From Candidatus Omnitrophota bacterium (GTDB taxonomy: Bacteria > Omnitrophota > Gorgyraeia > Gygaellales > Profunditerraquicolaceae), in the NCBI GenBank assembly GCA_043800555.1, contig JAZDMX010000003.1, positions 97,947 to 161,946 on the forward strand: a DNA stretch of 64,000 bases, in the 5' to 3' direction. Each line of letters begins with the position of its first letter. Positions within the stretch are counted from its first letter, which is position 1. The position numbers and the translations under genes were made by a program. Below are positions 30,616 through 40,966 of the stretch, piece after piece. The notes beneath the pieces are model-generated. The model ran no database searches. It worked only from the letters and a program-made list of their open reading frames with translations, and was not told the DNA's origin.

Positions 30616-31908
30616 ATGAATCCGGCTGTTAAAGTAGAAAATCTCGGTAAGAAATATATCATTCGCCACAATAAAGAGGCCCGTTATACGGCCTTACGCG
30701 ATGTAATAACTGATAAAGTCCGGGATATTTTTAGTTTGAATAAGCCGAAGATAAGATCCGGATTAGCCGTAGAACAGCAAGAGAGTTTTTGGGCTTTAAA
30801 AGATATTTCTTTTGAGGTTAACCCCGGAGAGAGGCTTGGAATAATCGGCAGGAATGGAGCCGGCAAGTCAACCCTGCTGAAGCTTTTGAGCAGAATTACC
30901 GAACCTACCACCGGCAGAGCGGTTATCAGGGGGCGCATAGCCAGTTTACTTGAGGTCGGGACGGGTTTTCATCCGGAATTAACCGGCAGGGAGAATATAT
31001 TCTTAAACGGCGCTGTCTTGGGTATGCCTAGGGCGCAAATAAAGGACAAATTCGATGCAATGGTGGCATTTGCGGAAGTGGAAAAATTCCTCGATACTCC
31101 GGTTAAGCGTTATTCTTCGGGGATGTATGTGCGTTTGGCTTTTGCGGTAGCTGCGCATCTTGATCCGGACATATTGGTTGTTGACGAGGTTTTGGCTGTG
31201 GGCGATGCTCAATTCCAGAAGAAATGCCTGGGGAAGATGGAAGAGGTTTCAACTCAAGAGGGAAGGACCGTGCTGTTTGTCAGCCATAACATGGGTGCTA
31301 TAGGGCAGTTATGCCAGAAGTCCATTCTTTTAGAAAACGGCAGTTTAGCCTCAACCGGAGAAACCGGCGTTGTTATCCAGCGTTATCTGGAGGGTAAAAG
31401 TTCTGGAATACTGGGAGAGAGATCGGGAATAAGCTTTAAAGAAGAAATCGGCAAGGAGCTCCAGATATCTTCCATCAAAGTAACCGATAACAAAGGAGAC
31501 ACTTTTGTAGAGCTAGATAGGATGCGTCCTTTTAGAATTGCTATAGAATATAGCGTGCGTAAATATACTGAAGTGGCCAGCGTAGATTTTGTTTTAGAAA
31601 CCTTGACCGGGGTATATATATGCCAATGTTCCGATCTTGATTTGGCCCTGGGCAAAATAATTAAGCGTGAGCCTGGATGTTATCTTGCTTATGTGGAATT
31701 CCCCGGTTACATGTTTAACGCCGGTTCATACCAGGTCCGGGCCTGGATATTGGCTGGCCAGCATGAGGTTTATGACTCTCCGGCAAAAGGCGTTATCTTC
31801 CATCTTTATGACAGCGGGACATTTGCAGCTACTTCTTCAGGAATGGGAGGGCAGCGTAACGGCATATTGGCGATGCCGGTTCAATGGAATACCAGCAGAA
31901 TAAAATGA
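30616..31908 (+). CDS. wzt: Polysaccharide ABC transporter ATPase with C-terminal Wzt_C domain
   Basis: [30 protein letters not shown]; about 170-aa C-terminal beta domain. Confidence 0.93.
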   Translation: MNPAVKVENLGKKYIIRHNKEARYTALRDVITDKVRDIFSLNKPKIRSGLAVEQQESFWALKDISFEVNPGERLGIIGRNGAGKSTLLKLLSRITEPTTGRAVIRGRIASLLEVGTGFHPELTGRENIFLNGAVLGMPRAQIKDKFDAMVAFAEVEKFLDTPVKRYSSGMYVRLAFAVAAHLDPDILVVDEVLAVGDAQFQKKCLGKMEEVSTQEGRTVLFVSHNMGAIGQLCQKSILLENGSLASTGETGVVIQRYLEGKSSGILGERSGISFKEEIGKELQISSIKVTDNKGDTFVELDRMRPFRIAIEYSVRKYTEVASVDFVLETLTGVYICQCSDLDLALGKIIKREPGCYLAYVEFPGYMFNAGSYQVRAWILAGQHEVYDSPAKGVIFHLYDSGTFAATSSGMGGQRNGILAMPVQWNTSRIK

Positions 31909-32408
31909 AAAAACTCAAACTATTAAAACAAGGCATAGATTTAATTGTTTATGACTTTGACGGAGTAATGACGGACAATAAAGCCTTCTTCTTTGAAGAC
32001 GCAAGAGAGGCTGTCCTGGTGAACAGGTCCGATGGCCTAGCGGTTAGCATAATTAAAAAGTCAGGTATCCCCCAGATTATTATCTCTACCGAGCCCAATA
32101 AAGTAGTGCAGGCGCGGGCAAGAAAGCTCAAGATTCCTTGCCTCTACAATATAAGCGATAAGAAAGCCGCACTAATTATGTACTGCAGAAAGATGCAGTT
32201 CGATATTAAGAAAACTATTTATATCGGTAACGATATCAATGATTTTGAGGCGATGAAAATCGCCGGTATCCCCATGGCCCCTCTGGATGCTTCCGTAGAA
32301 ATAAGGAGGATGGCTAGAGTTATCATAAATGTCCGCGGAGGCGACGGGGTCATCCGGGGTTTATTAAACTTATTAAACTTAGAAAGGGCTAAAGAAGATG
32401 ACAAGTGA
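31905..32408 (+). CDS. KdsC-like HAD phosphatase (ulosonate-phosphate phosphatase)
   Basis: [25 protein letters not shown]; ATGA overlap with wzt stop. Confidence 0.85.
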   Translation: MKKLKLLKQGIDLIVYDFDGVMTDNKAFFFEDAREAVLVNRSDGLAVSIIKKSGIPQIIISTEPNKVVQARARKLKIPCLYNISDKKAALIMYCRKMQFDIKKTIYIGNDINDFEAMKIAGIPMAPLDASVEIRRMARVIINVRGGDGVIRGLLNLLNLERAKEDDK

Positions 32409-33270
32409 GAATATTAATAAGCAAAATAACCGGATTTTCATAATAGCGGAATTGGGGATAAATCATAATGGCGATCTAAGCATTGCCAGGGAATTGATTA
32501 AAGTGGCAAAGGACGCCGGGTGTGACGCGGTTAAGTTCCAGAAGCGCTCGGTAGAACTTGTTTATTCAAAAGAGCTCCTTGATTCCCCGCGCCAGAGCCC
32601 CTGGGGAAATACTCAGAGGGCGCAAAAGGAAGGCCTGGAGTTAAGCTTGGAGGAATACCGGCAAATAGACCGTTATTGCAAAGAATTAGGCATCGAATGG
32701 TTCGCTTCGGCTTGGGATCTAGGGAGCTTAAGGTTCTTAAGGCAATTTAACCTGAAATATAATAAAGTTGCTTCGGCGTTATTGACCTACGATGCTTTCC
32801 TGAAAGAGGTGGCCGCGGAGAGAAAGTATACATTTATTTCTACGGGCATGAGCAACCTTGAACATATCGACCACGCCGTGGACATATTCAGGAAACAGGG
32901 TTGTCCTTTTGAATTGATGCATTGTATTTCGGTTTATCCTATGGATGACGAAGACGCTAATTTAAGCTGTATTAAGACGCTAAGAGAACGCTATAAATGT
33001 AACGTGGGATATAGCGGCCATGAAGTAGGGCTGGCTATTTCTTATGCCGCTGTGGCCTTTGGGATAAGTTCGCTTGAACGGCATATAACATTAGACCGGG
33101 CTATGTACGGTTCGGATCAGGCGGCCTCTCTTGAGCCGCCGGCTCTAAGAATGTTGGTTGGCGCCGTAAGGAAGATTGACAAGGCCATTGGAGACGGGGT
33201 AATTTCGATCCTGGAAAAGGAAGTGCCGATCAGCAAGAAGCTAAGGGCGCATTTCCTTAATTCTATCTAG
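32398..33270 (+). CDS. neuB: NeuB-family nonulosonate(-9-phosphate) synthase lacking SAF domain
   Basis: IAELGINHNG, AVKFQK, STGMS, GYSGHE, ERHITLDR; only 290 aa. Confidence 0.88.
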   Translation: MTSENINKQNNRIFIIAELGINHNGDLSIARELIKVAKDAGCDAVKFQKRSVELVYSKELLDSPRQSPWGNTQRAQKEGLELSLEEYRQIDRYCKELGIEWFASAWDLGSLRFLRQFNLKYNKVASALLTYDAFLKEVAAERKYTFISTGMSNLEHIDHAVDIFRKQGCPFELMHCISVYPMDDEDANLSCIKTLRERYKCNVGYSGHEVGLAISYAAVAFGISSLERHITLDRAMYGSDQAASLEPPALRMLVGAVRKIDKAIGDGVISILEKEVPISKKLRAHFLNSI

Positions 33271-33291
33271 GATTGGCCAGGACGTTAGCCT

Positions 33292-34044
33292 ATGAAAAAT
33301 AAAAAAGGATTAATTCCCGCTTTCATTACTGTAAGGTCTGCTTCATCAAGGCTTCCCTCAAAATGCCTTTTGCCATTTGGCGATGGAAATGTCTTGGAAC
33401 ATGTCATCCGCAGGGTTAAGTTTTTTGGATTGGAAGCGGTTGTCTGCACAACATCTGAACCCGGCGATGATATTATTGCGCAGATAGCCCGGAGAGAGCG
33501 GGTAGAGTGCTTCAGGGGCAGCTCCGAGGATAAGCTAAGGCGTTGGCTTGATTGTTGCGATAGCTTAGGGTTCGATAAATTCCATACTATAGACGCGGAC
33601 GACCCTTTTTTTGACCCCATTCTGGTAAAAAAAAGTTTCTCGCTGCTTAATAGGGGTTATGATCTGGTTTACCCGACCAAGAGTTCTTCTCTGGGAGCTG
33701 CAAGCGTGGGTTTCTCGTTAACCAGGGGCATAGTTTTCTTAGCGTGTGAAATTAAGAAAACCAAAAAGACGGAGATGGCCTGGGTATTCCTTGAGAGAGT
33801 TCCTGGGATAAGGGCTAAGAGGCTTGAGGAAGAATGCCCCGGAAAACCCAAATCCCGGCTTACCTTAGATTATGAAGAAGATTACTGGTTGCTTCGGACA
33901 GTCCAGCGTTTATTAGGGAATAACGCCTCCCGTAGGCGGGTTGACGATCTCTTTGCAAGAAATCCGGATCTCTATAAGGTCAACTGGTTTCGTAATAGCC
34001 AATGGAAAAAGAGGCAGGCTTTTTTAAGCAGGGTTAGGAAATAG
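33292..34044 (+). CDS. SpsF/KdsB-like cytidylyltransferase
   Basis: RSASSRLPSK, FRGSSED, ADDPF, RLTLDYEED. Confidence 0.82.
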   Translation: MKNKKGLIPAFITVRSASSRLPSKCLLPFGDGNVLEHVIRRVKFFGLEAVVCTTSEPGDDIIAQIARRERVECFRGSSEDKLRRWLDCCDSLGFDKFHTIDADDPFFDPILVKKSFSLLNRGYDLVYPTKSSSLGAASVGFSLTRGIVFLACEIKKTKKTEMAWVFLERVPGIRAKRLEEECPGKPKSRLTLDYEEDYWLLRTVQRLLGNNASRRRVDDLFARNPDLYKVNWFRNSQWKKRQAFLSRVRK

Positions 34045-34048
34045 AAGG

Positions 34049-34870
34049 ATGATGAAAAAGCATAGTTTTGGAATAGTCCAGGGCCGTTTGACTCCTTCGC
34101 CCCGGGGCCGCTTACAGTGCTTCCCCCGGGATAATTGGCGGAAGGAATTTAGAGACGCATCTTTACTCGGGTATAATTTTATTGAGATGATAGCCGACAG
34201 GAGGTTTAACCCTAAGAATCCTCTTTGGAGTAGTCCCGGGCTCAAGAAGATAAAGGATGCGTGCTTGCGGCATAATCTTCAGGCGTATTCGGTCTGCAAT
34301 GATTTCATCATTAGCCACTCTCTTGTTAACGAGCCTAATGCCGAAGAGCAGACAATGAGGCTTATCGGCCGATCCGCTCTTCTGGGGATGAAAGTTTTGA
34401 TACTCCCGCTATTTGAGAGGAGCCAGATAAATATTCTAAATTACAGAAGGTTCTTGATTCCTTTAAGAAGGATTGCCGATGCTTCAGCCAGCAAGAAGAT
34501 CGTTATTTGCCTTGAAACAAACCTTGGGGCAGGGGAAATCCTTAGGATTTCGAAGTTTTTTAATCATTCCAACATTAAATATGTATTTGATTCCGGAAAC
34601 AGGGTTGTCCTTAAAGAAGATATCTACTCGGATATAAAGATCCTTAAGGGGTTGATAGGGCATATTCATATTAAAGACAAGGACCAGGCGGGGGATAATG
34701 TCCTGCTTGGAACGGGAAAAGTAAATTTTCTAAAGCTCTTCCGGTCTTTAGCGTTGATTGATTATACCGGCCCGTATGTCTTTGAGACTACAAGAGGGCG
34801 CGATCCTTTAAATACCGCCCGCTATCATAAAACATTGGTAGAGTTTTTCTTAAATGAGGCTTCAAAATGA
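34049..34870 (+). CDS. Sugar-phosphate isomerase/epimerase (xylose-isomerase-like TIM barrel)
   Basis: GIVQGRL, CLET, FDSGN, HIHIKD, LGTGKVNF, VFET. Confidence 0.8.
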   Translation: MMKKHSFGIVQGRLTPSPRGRLQCFPRDNWRKEFRDASLLGYNFIEMIADRRFNPKNPLWSSPGLKKIKDACLRHNLQAYSVCNDFIISHSLVNEPNAEEQTMRLIGRSALLGMKVLILPLFERSQINILNYRRFLIPLRRIADASASKKIVICLETNLGAGEILRISKFFNHSNIKYVFDSGNRVVLKEDIYSDIKILKGLIGHIHIKDKDQAGDNVLLGTGKVNFLKLFRSLALIDYTGPYVFETTRGRDPLNTARYHKTLVEFFLNEASK

Positions 34871-35907
34871 TAAGAATACGGAAGATACTCTTTATAGGTT
34901 TAGGGGGAGCGGGGCAAAGGCATCTGCGGATTTTTAAAGATCTTCTTCCTGCCGATGTTGAATTCTTGGCTTTTCGCTCAACCGGAAAGACCCCTTTGCT
35001 TAATCCGGATTTCTCGGTCGATAATAGCTGTAGCCTAGAGAATAAATACGGGCTTAGATTATGCGGTTCTTTGAGGGAAGGCTTGGATAATAACCCGGAT
35101 TTAGCAGTGATTGCTAACCCTACTGTTTTGCATTTTGATACGGCAATTAAAGCAGCTGGGAGGGGCATAAATATATTTATCGAGAAGCCGCTTGCTTGCA
35201 GCCTAGCCGGGGCAAATAGCCTTAGCCGGCTGGTTTTAAGCAAGAATTTATATTTCTTTGTTTCTTTTCAATTGAGGTTTAATCCGCAGCTGAGGCTGGT
35301 TAAAGAGATGCTTCTTGAAGGCAGGCTGGGCAAGATTATTTCGGCCGAATTCAATGTTTGTTCATACGTTCCGGGGTGGCATAAATATGAGGATTTCAAA
35401 AACCTCTACGCCTGCAGGAAAGACCTGGGAGGAGGGGTTTTATTGACCGAGATACATGAAATTGACCTAGCTTGCTGGTATTTTGGCTTACCGGATTATG
35501 TTTACTGCGTTGCCGGTAATTATTCGGGGGTTCCTCTTGAGGTCGAAGATACGGCCCATACAATCTTGAAATATAAAGATTTCTCTGTGCAAGTGAACCA
35601 ATCTTTTATGCAAAAGCACCCGCGCCGGGACCTTTATATTTCCGGGACAAAAGGCTATCTTGAATGGAGCTCCCTGGATAATAAGTTGTTGTTCGAGGAT
35701 TACTCGGGCAAAAAAAAGAGAATAATAACCGGCGGAAAATTTAATTATGAGGGTATGTTTTATTCCCAGGCAAGGTTTTTCCTGAAGAAGGCCAAGAGGG
35801 CGGATAAGAACAGCATTAAGTCGGCATATGCTTCCGTAGCCGTTGTGGAGGCAGCCAAGAAGTCCAGCCAAACCGGCAGGGAGTGCAAGGTAAGCCGGGT
35901 TATTTAA
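34867..35907 (+). CDS. Gfo/Idh/MocA oxidoreductase
   Basis: GLGGAGQRH, NPTVLH, IEKPL, GGGVLLTEIHEID. Confidence 0.88.
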   Translation: MIRIRKILFIGLGGAGQRHLRIFKDLLPADVEFLAFRSTGKTPLLNPDFSVDNSCSLENKYGLRLCGSLREGLDNNPDLAVIANPTVLHFDTAIKAAGRGINIFIEKPLACSLAGANSLSRLVLSKNLYFFVSFQLRFNPQLRLVKEMLLEGRLGKIISAEFNVCSYVPGWHKYEDFKNLYACRKDLGGGVLLTEIHEIDLACWYFGLPDYVYCVAGNYSGVPLEVEDTAHTILKYKDFSVQVNQSFMQKHPRRDLYISGTKGYLEWSSLDNKLLFEDYSGKKKRIITGGKFNYEGMFYSQARFFLKKAKRADKNSIKSAYASVAVVEAAKKSSQTGRECKVSRVI

Positions 35908-35921
35908 AAAGAGAGGTGCGT

Positions 35922-36746
35922 ATGGTTTTAGATAAATTCATCCTTAAAGATAGGGTTGTAGTTATAACCGGAGGCGCAGGCCTGTTTGGCTACCAGCATG
36001 CCGTTGCCGTTATTGAGGCCGGAGGTATTCCGGTTATTTCCGATGTTAATGTGGATGTTGCCCGGGAAGAGTCGGTTGCTTTGTCCGAAAAATACAAGAA
36101 TAAGGCTTTAGGCATCCGCATGGATGTTACTTCCAGAGAAAGCGTTCTGGAGGCAAAAAAGGAAATCCTTAACCAATTTGGGAGGATAGATTGTCTTATT
36201 AATAATGCGGCCTTGGACCCAAAGATGAATGATTCTTTGGATAATGCCTGGACGAGGTTTGAAAACTTTTCTGGCCAGGTATGGGATAAGGAGCTTTTGG
36301 TAGGCTTAAAAGGCGCATTTACCTGCAGCCAGGTTTTCGGGGAGCACATGGCTGAAAATGGCAAGGGTGTAATATTGAATATCGCTTCAGATTTAGGGAT
36401 TATTTCTCCCGATCAGAGGATTTATAGGAGGCAAGGGCTTCCCGAGGAAAAGCAACCTGTTAAACCCGTTACCTACTCGGTTATAAAACATGGTTTAATA
36501 GGTTTAACCAGGTATGCGGCAACTTACTGGGCGTTTAAAGGCGTCCGGGTCAACGCGCTTTGCGCGGGGGGAATTTATAATAACCAGCCCGGGGAATTTG
36601 TCGAAAAGCTCACTAATCTTATTCCTATGGCTAGGATGGCTGATTTAGATGAGTATCAAGCGGCCGTTGTTTTTCTTCTTTCCGACGCCTCTTCTTATAT
36701 GACCGGAAGCTCCTTGGTTATTGACGGAGGAAGGACCTGTTGGTAG
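35922..36746 (+). CDS. SDR oxidoreductase (PtmA/ElaC-like)
   Basis: TGGAGLFG, INNAA, SPDQRIY, YSVIK, TGSSLVIDGG; ATG 35922 after GAGGT. Confidence 0.85.
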   Translation: MVLDKFILKDRVVVITGGAGLFGYQHAVAVIEAGGIPVISDVNVDVAREESVALSEKYKNKALGIRMDVTSRESVLEAKKEILNQFGRIDCLINNAALDPKMNDSLDNAWTRFENFSGQVWDKELLVGLKGAFTCSQVFGEHMAENGKGVILNIASDLGIISPDQRIYRRQGLPEEKQPVKPVTYSVIKHGLIGLTRYAATYWAFKGVRVNALCAGGIYNNQPGEFVEKLTNLIPMARMADLDEYQAAVVFLLSDASSYMTGSSLVIDGGRTCW

Positions 36747-36761
36747 CGCGGAGTAATTAAA

Positions 36762-38153
36762 ATGAGTAAAATTCTTTTTGTATATCCAAATAAAGAAGGT
36801 TATCCTATCATCCCTCTGGGGATAAGCGTCCTGGCAGGCATTCTTAAGAAAGCCGGCCACGAACTGGATATTTTTGATATTACTTTTATGATGCCGGAGA
36901 GGCTGGACCATAATGCCCGGATTAAAACCGGCGTAGTCATAAAAGTGGATATGGAGAAATACTGGGGAGAAGGCGCCGAGAAAGCCGATATTAATGTTGA
37001 GATTACCAGGAAGATCCAAGGCTTTAAACCTGATCTAGTAGCCTTTTCTGTGGTTGAAAACAACTATAGCTGCGCCAGGGGACTGTTTAAGGCGGTCAAG
37101 AAGGCAACAGATGCCCCTATTTTGGCCGGAGGCTTGTTTCCGACAGTCGCGCCGCAGTTTTTTATTGAAGATAAAAATGTAGATTTGCTTTGTATCGGGG
37201 AAGGCGAATACCCCATGTTGGAGCTGGCAACTAGGTTAGACGAAAAAAAAGGTTTTTCGGGCATAAATAACCTTATTATAAAAAATGGCGGCTTGATTGA
37301 GAAGAACCCTTATAACAGGTATTACGACTGGGAGCCAAACGTTTTCCAGGACTGGGGGAAATTCAGCGAAAAACATTTATTAAAACCTTTTGTCGGGAAA
37401 GTTTGGAGGACCGGTTTCTTTGAAACTTCCCGGGGTTGCCCTTTCCAGTGTTTCTATTGCGCCAACCATGTGTATCAGGATATTTTCAAGTCGCTAGGGA
37501 AATACCACAGAGAAAAGCCGCTGGATTATGTTATGGAGGAAATATCCTATAAAAAGAAGAAGTATTCTTTGGAATTATGCTTTTTTAACGATGAAAATTT
37601 CGTAATGATGGGCGAAGACAGATTCAAGAAATTCTGCGCGGAATACAAAAAACACATAGATTTGCCATTTTTTATTCAAACCCGGGCCGATACCCTCTTG
37701 AACGAATCTAAGGTCAGGGCGTTAAAAGAAACGGGTTGCGTTACTATCGGTATAGGCGTTGAATCGGGAAGCGAGAGAATACGCAAGGAAGTGTTAAACA
37801 AGCCTTTATCAAACCAGGCCTACCTGAAAGCATTTGAAAATTGCCATAAATATGATATCCGGACAACAGCCAACGTTATGATGGGAGTGCCTTTTGAGAA
37901 AGAAGAAGATATACTGGAATCTGCCGAGTTCTGCAAGAAAATTAAGGCAAAAAGCGTTTCTCTGGCTATTTTTGCCCCTTATTATGGGTCTGGGTTGCGG
38001 GACATTTCCGTAAAGCACGGTTTTATAGAAGACAAATACCATGACGATATTTCCATGAATTATACTTCGATTATGAAGATGCCGCAATTGTCAAAAGAGA
38101 AAATCGAAGAATTATATTATAAATTTAACAGTTTAGTCTACGGCGGAAGTTAA
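36762..38153 (+). CDS. Cobalamin-dependent radical SAM protein #1
   Basis: B12-domain signs PLGISVLAGIL, GGLFPT, GEGE; SRGCPFQCFYC; GVESGS. Confidence 0.9.
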   Translation: MSKILFVYPNKEGYPIIPLGISVLAGILKKAGHELDIFDITFMMPERLDHNARIKTGVVIKVDMEKYWGEGAEKADINVEITRKIQGFKPDLVAFSVVENNYSCARGLFKAVKKATDAPILAGGLFPTVAPQFFIEDKNVDLLCIGEGEYPMLELATRLDEKKGFSGINNLIIKNGGLIEKNPYNRYYDWEPNVFQDWGKFSEKHLLKPFVGKVWRTGFFETSRGCPFQCFYCANHVYQDIFKSLGKYHREKPLDYVMEEISYKKKKYSLELCFFNDENFVMMGEDRFKKFCAEYKKHIDLPFFIQTRADTLLNESKVRALKETGCVTIGIGVESGSERIRKEVLNKPLSNQAYLKAFENCHKYDIRTTANVMMGVPFEKEEDILESAEFCKKIKAKSVSLAIFAPYYGSGLRDISVKHGFIEDKYHDDISMNYTSIMKMPQLSKEKIEELYYKFNSLVYGGS

Positions 38154-38180
38154 TTACCGGGGGGGTAATCTTCATCTAAA

Positions 38181-39386
38181 ATGCCTCTAGAGCATATATA
38201 TTATATTTGCGGGCATATAACGGACCTGGCGCTAAGCAATGAAATGCGTAAGTTTTTTAAAAGGGTTTTTCCAGGTTTAGAGCAGCATATTGTGCTGGTA
38301 GAACACCCCTATCTTTCTACTGTTGAGTCCAAGATGATATTGGATTGCTTTAGTTCGGTAACCAGGCTGCCTTATTGCGAAACAGTCTTTACAAACAGAT
38401 GGTCCCATGAATTGAGGCCGCAAGCAATATATAAAAGGCTCTCTAATGCGTTTGGCTTCTTGAAGGAATCCGGAGAGCGGCTTAAATTCAAAACCAAAGC
38501 GCTTTGTTTTACTTATGAGATGAGCGAAGACGGGCTTGCGGTCAGGCTGCTTCTTAACAGGATAAGAAAAAATAAGGGTTTGATTTTGTGCCGCTTAGGC
38601 ATGTGGGGCCCGCGCATCAGCGCCTGCAAGACCAATGACTGGCTATTTTGGCTATTGAATAATTTTTATTGTTTGCTTGGGGCTCCGGCAGTCAGCGTAA
38701 ATGTGGGCGGTTGGATGCTGCGGGAAAGAAGGTATTACGCGGAAAAGAAGATACCGCGGTATCACCTGGTCTTTTCGAATAAATGGAAGGATAATGACGG
38801 GTTCAGAGAGGTAAAATATCCGGTTCCCGAAAACAAAGAGAGGACCAGCGTTAGAAAAATGGTATTTTTCTTTGATGACGGGTTATTCTGGGTGGAGCAT
38901 TTCCCGCAAAAGTTCTCTTTGGAATACTGGACCGCTAAAATGAACGAGTTATTAAGGAAAATATCCGAGATTTATAAAGGAGAGGACGTAGATCTTTTGT
39001 TTAAGATGCACCCGGGGGATACAGTAGGAGGGTATTTGCCTCCTTATGATTTGGCTGATTTTAAGATTTATGATGGGAACCTGACTTCCGAGTCTATTTA
39101 TTCCCGCAGGCACAATGAAATCAGGGCCGTTTACGGTATTTGTTCTACTTCCACAAGAACAGCGGATTTATACGGAATCAAAAGCTATGTTTTTTTCGAG
39201 ATGTTTGATATGCCCGAAGATGCCAAAGAAAGGTTCCGGCAGTTCTTGTTGGCCTATAGTAATGTTGTAAGCATAAGAGACCTTGACGGATTATCAGCCC
39301 CCGCTCTTGCCAGTAATACTTGCGTATCGGTTAACGGGGATCAAGAGAGGCTAAAGGGTTTATTTAAGGAGATAATGCAAAACTAG
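38181..39386 (+). CDS. Putative CMP-ulosonate (sialyltransferase-like) GT-B transferase
   Basis: EDG and DDG, FKMHP and CSTS motifs; next to the NeuB module. Confidence 0.5.
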   Translation: MPLEHIYYICGHITDLALSNEMRKFFKRVFPGLEQHIVLVEHPYLSTVESKMILDCFSSVTRLPYCETVFTNRWSHELRPQAIYKRLSNAFGFLKESGERLKFKTKALCFTYEMSEDGLAVRLLLNRIRKNKGLILCRLGMWGPRISACKTNDWLFWLLNNFYCLLGAPAVSVNVGGWMLRERRYYAEKKIPRYHLVFSNKWKDNDGFREVKYPVPENKERTSVRKMVFFFDDGLFWVEHFPQKFSLEYWTAKMNELLRKISEIYKGEDVDLLFKMHPGDTVGGYLPPYDLADFKIYDGNLTSESIYSRRHNEIRAVYGICSTSTRTADLYGIKSYVFFEMFDMPEDAKERFRQFLLAYSNVVSIRDLDGLSAPALASNTCVSVNGDQERLKGLFKEIMQN

Positions 39387-39410
39387 TTTATTAAAAGAAA
39401 GAGGAAAGCA

Positions 39411-40385
39411 ATGAATATATTTATTACCGGCATAACCGGATTTGTGGGCAGCCACCTGGCGGATTATCTACTTGATAATTACCCTGAGCATGAAATTTAC
39501 GGTTTAGACCGTTGGCGTTCCCCCAAAGATAATATTAAAGGTATTCTCGGGAAAGTTAATCTTTGTTTTGGGGATTTAACCGACTATTCTTCTTTGAGGC
39601 AGATATTGGCAAAGCATAAGCCTGGAATTATTTTCCATCTGGCGGCGCAGTCTTACGTGGATTTTAGTTTTGTCGCCCCTATTGCCACGCTTAATGCCAA
39701 TGTTATAGGCACCTGCAACCTGTTAGAGGCGGTAAAGGACCTGAAGTTTTCTGAAGGATATGACCCCCTGGTGCATATTTGCAGCTCTTCGGAAGTCTAT
39801 GGGCAGGTTAAGGAAGATGAGGTGCCGATTAAAGAGGCCAATGCTTTTCGTCCGGCCTCCCCCTATGCGGTAAGTAAAGTTGCCGAGGATATGCTTGCTT
39901 TGCAGTATTGGCTTTCCTGGAAGATTAAAACGATCCGCACTCGGATGTTCACGCATACCGGTCCGCGCAGAGGAGAAGTGTTCGCAGCTTCGAGTTTTGC
40001 AAAACAAATTGCCTCTATTGAGGCAGGATTATGCCCTCCGGTGATAAAGGTGGGGAATTTAAACAGCGTAAGGACGTTCTTAGACGTAAGGGACGCGGTA
40101 AAGGCGTATTGGCTTTTGGTTAAAAAAGGCCAGCCGGGAGAGGTTTATAATATCGGCGGGAACGAAACGATGACAATCAAGGAGATGCTTGGTAAGCTTA
40201 TCAAGCTTTCGGTTAAAAAGAATATAAAAGTGGAAGTGGATCCTTTGCGCCTGCGTCCTTCCGATGTTACTCTGCAGGTCCCTTGTATTGATAAATTCTG
40301 CAGCGTTACCGGATGGTCGCCTGAGATTAAATTTGAAAAGACCCTGAAAGACCTCCTGGATTATTGGAGGTCCCAGAAATTATGA
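39411..40385 (+). CDS. GDP-sugar 4,6-dehydratase, DmhA-like (GDP-manno-heptose)
   Basis: GITGFVGS, HLAAQS, GYDPLVHICSSSEVYG, YAVSK, THTGPRR, FAKQIA.IEAG, VGNLNSVRTF. Confidence 0.75.
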   Translation: MNIFITGITGFVGSHLADYLLDNYPEHEIYGLDRWRSPKDNIKGILGKVNLCFGDLTDYSSLRQILAKHKPGIIFHLAAQSYVDFSFVAPIATLNANVIGTCNLLEAVKDLKFSEGYDPLVHICSSSEVYGQVKEDEVPIKEANAFRPASPYAVSKVAEDMLALQYWLSWKIKTIRTRMFTHTGPRRGEVFAASSFAKQIASIEAGLCPPVIKVGNLNSVRTFLDVRDAVKAYWLLVKKGQPGEVYNIGGNETMTIKEMLGKLIKLSVKKNIKVEVDPLRLRPSDVTLQVPCIDKFCSVTGWSPEIKFEKTLKDLLDYWRSQKL

Positions 40386-40966
40386 TGAATAGGCAGGCGC
40401 TCCCTAATAATGCGTCGGATAGACCGAAAATATTATGCCCTGATCTGGTCCCGGTGAAAGAACAATACCGCAACAAGTGGTTTAAGGTATTGGAGCGCGG
40501 CGGGATCTTTACATTTGAATATGACCGGCCTCAAGTTGTGGTCTTGCCTATCGTGGACAAGAAGAGTATCGTCATGGTAAGGGTAAGGAGGCCGCTTATG
40601 GATGATTCCCCTTTAGAATTGCCGGCTGGGGATTCGCTGGAGCAGGAGACGCCCGCGGAAGCGGCAAGCCGGGAATTTTCCGAAGAAACAGGGATATGCG
40701 TCAATTCATTGGAAAGATTCAAGCCTGCAACCGCGATCTCTGAAATGCCGGGGAGGATGCCGGTCTTATTGAGCGTTTTTTATATAGAACTGGGTATGGA
40801 TGAATTTCTAAAGAGAAGGGCTTTTGATAAAAAAGAAATCATCTCCGTAGAACTGCTTTCAATAGGCGCAGTTATAAATAAGATCATTACCGGAGAAATA
40901 TATTTGAGCTCTCCTATCGCAATTTTATCGAGATTTATTTTCTCCAACTTGGATGGGATTAAATAA
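40382..40966 (+). CDS. NUDIX hydrolase
   Basis: Complete Nudix box G-DSLEQ-E-TPAEAAS-REFSEETG; ATG 40382 after GGAGG. Confidence 0.88.
   Translation: MMNRQALPNNASDRPKILCPDLVPVKEQYRNKWFKVLERGGIFTFEYDRPQVVVLPIVDKKSIVMVRVRRPLMDDSPLELPAGDSLEQETPAEAASREFSEETGICVNSLERFKPATAISEMPGRMPVLLSVFYIELGMDEFLKRRAFDKKEIISVELLSIGAVINKIITGEIYLSSPIAILSRFIFSNLDGIK

Noticed and set aside
32398-33270. NeuB as a truncated pseudogene
   Set aside because: Catalytic barrel is complete, stop is clean and the next gene follows closely; SAF-less forms are plausible
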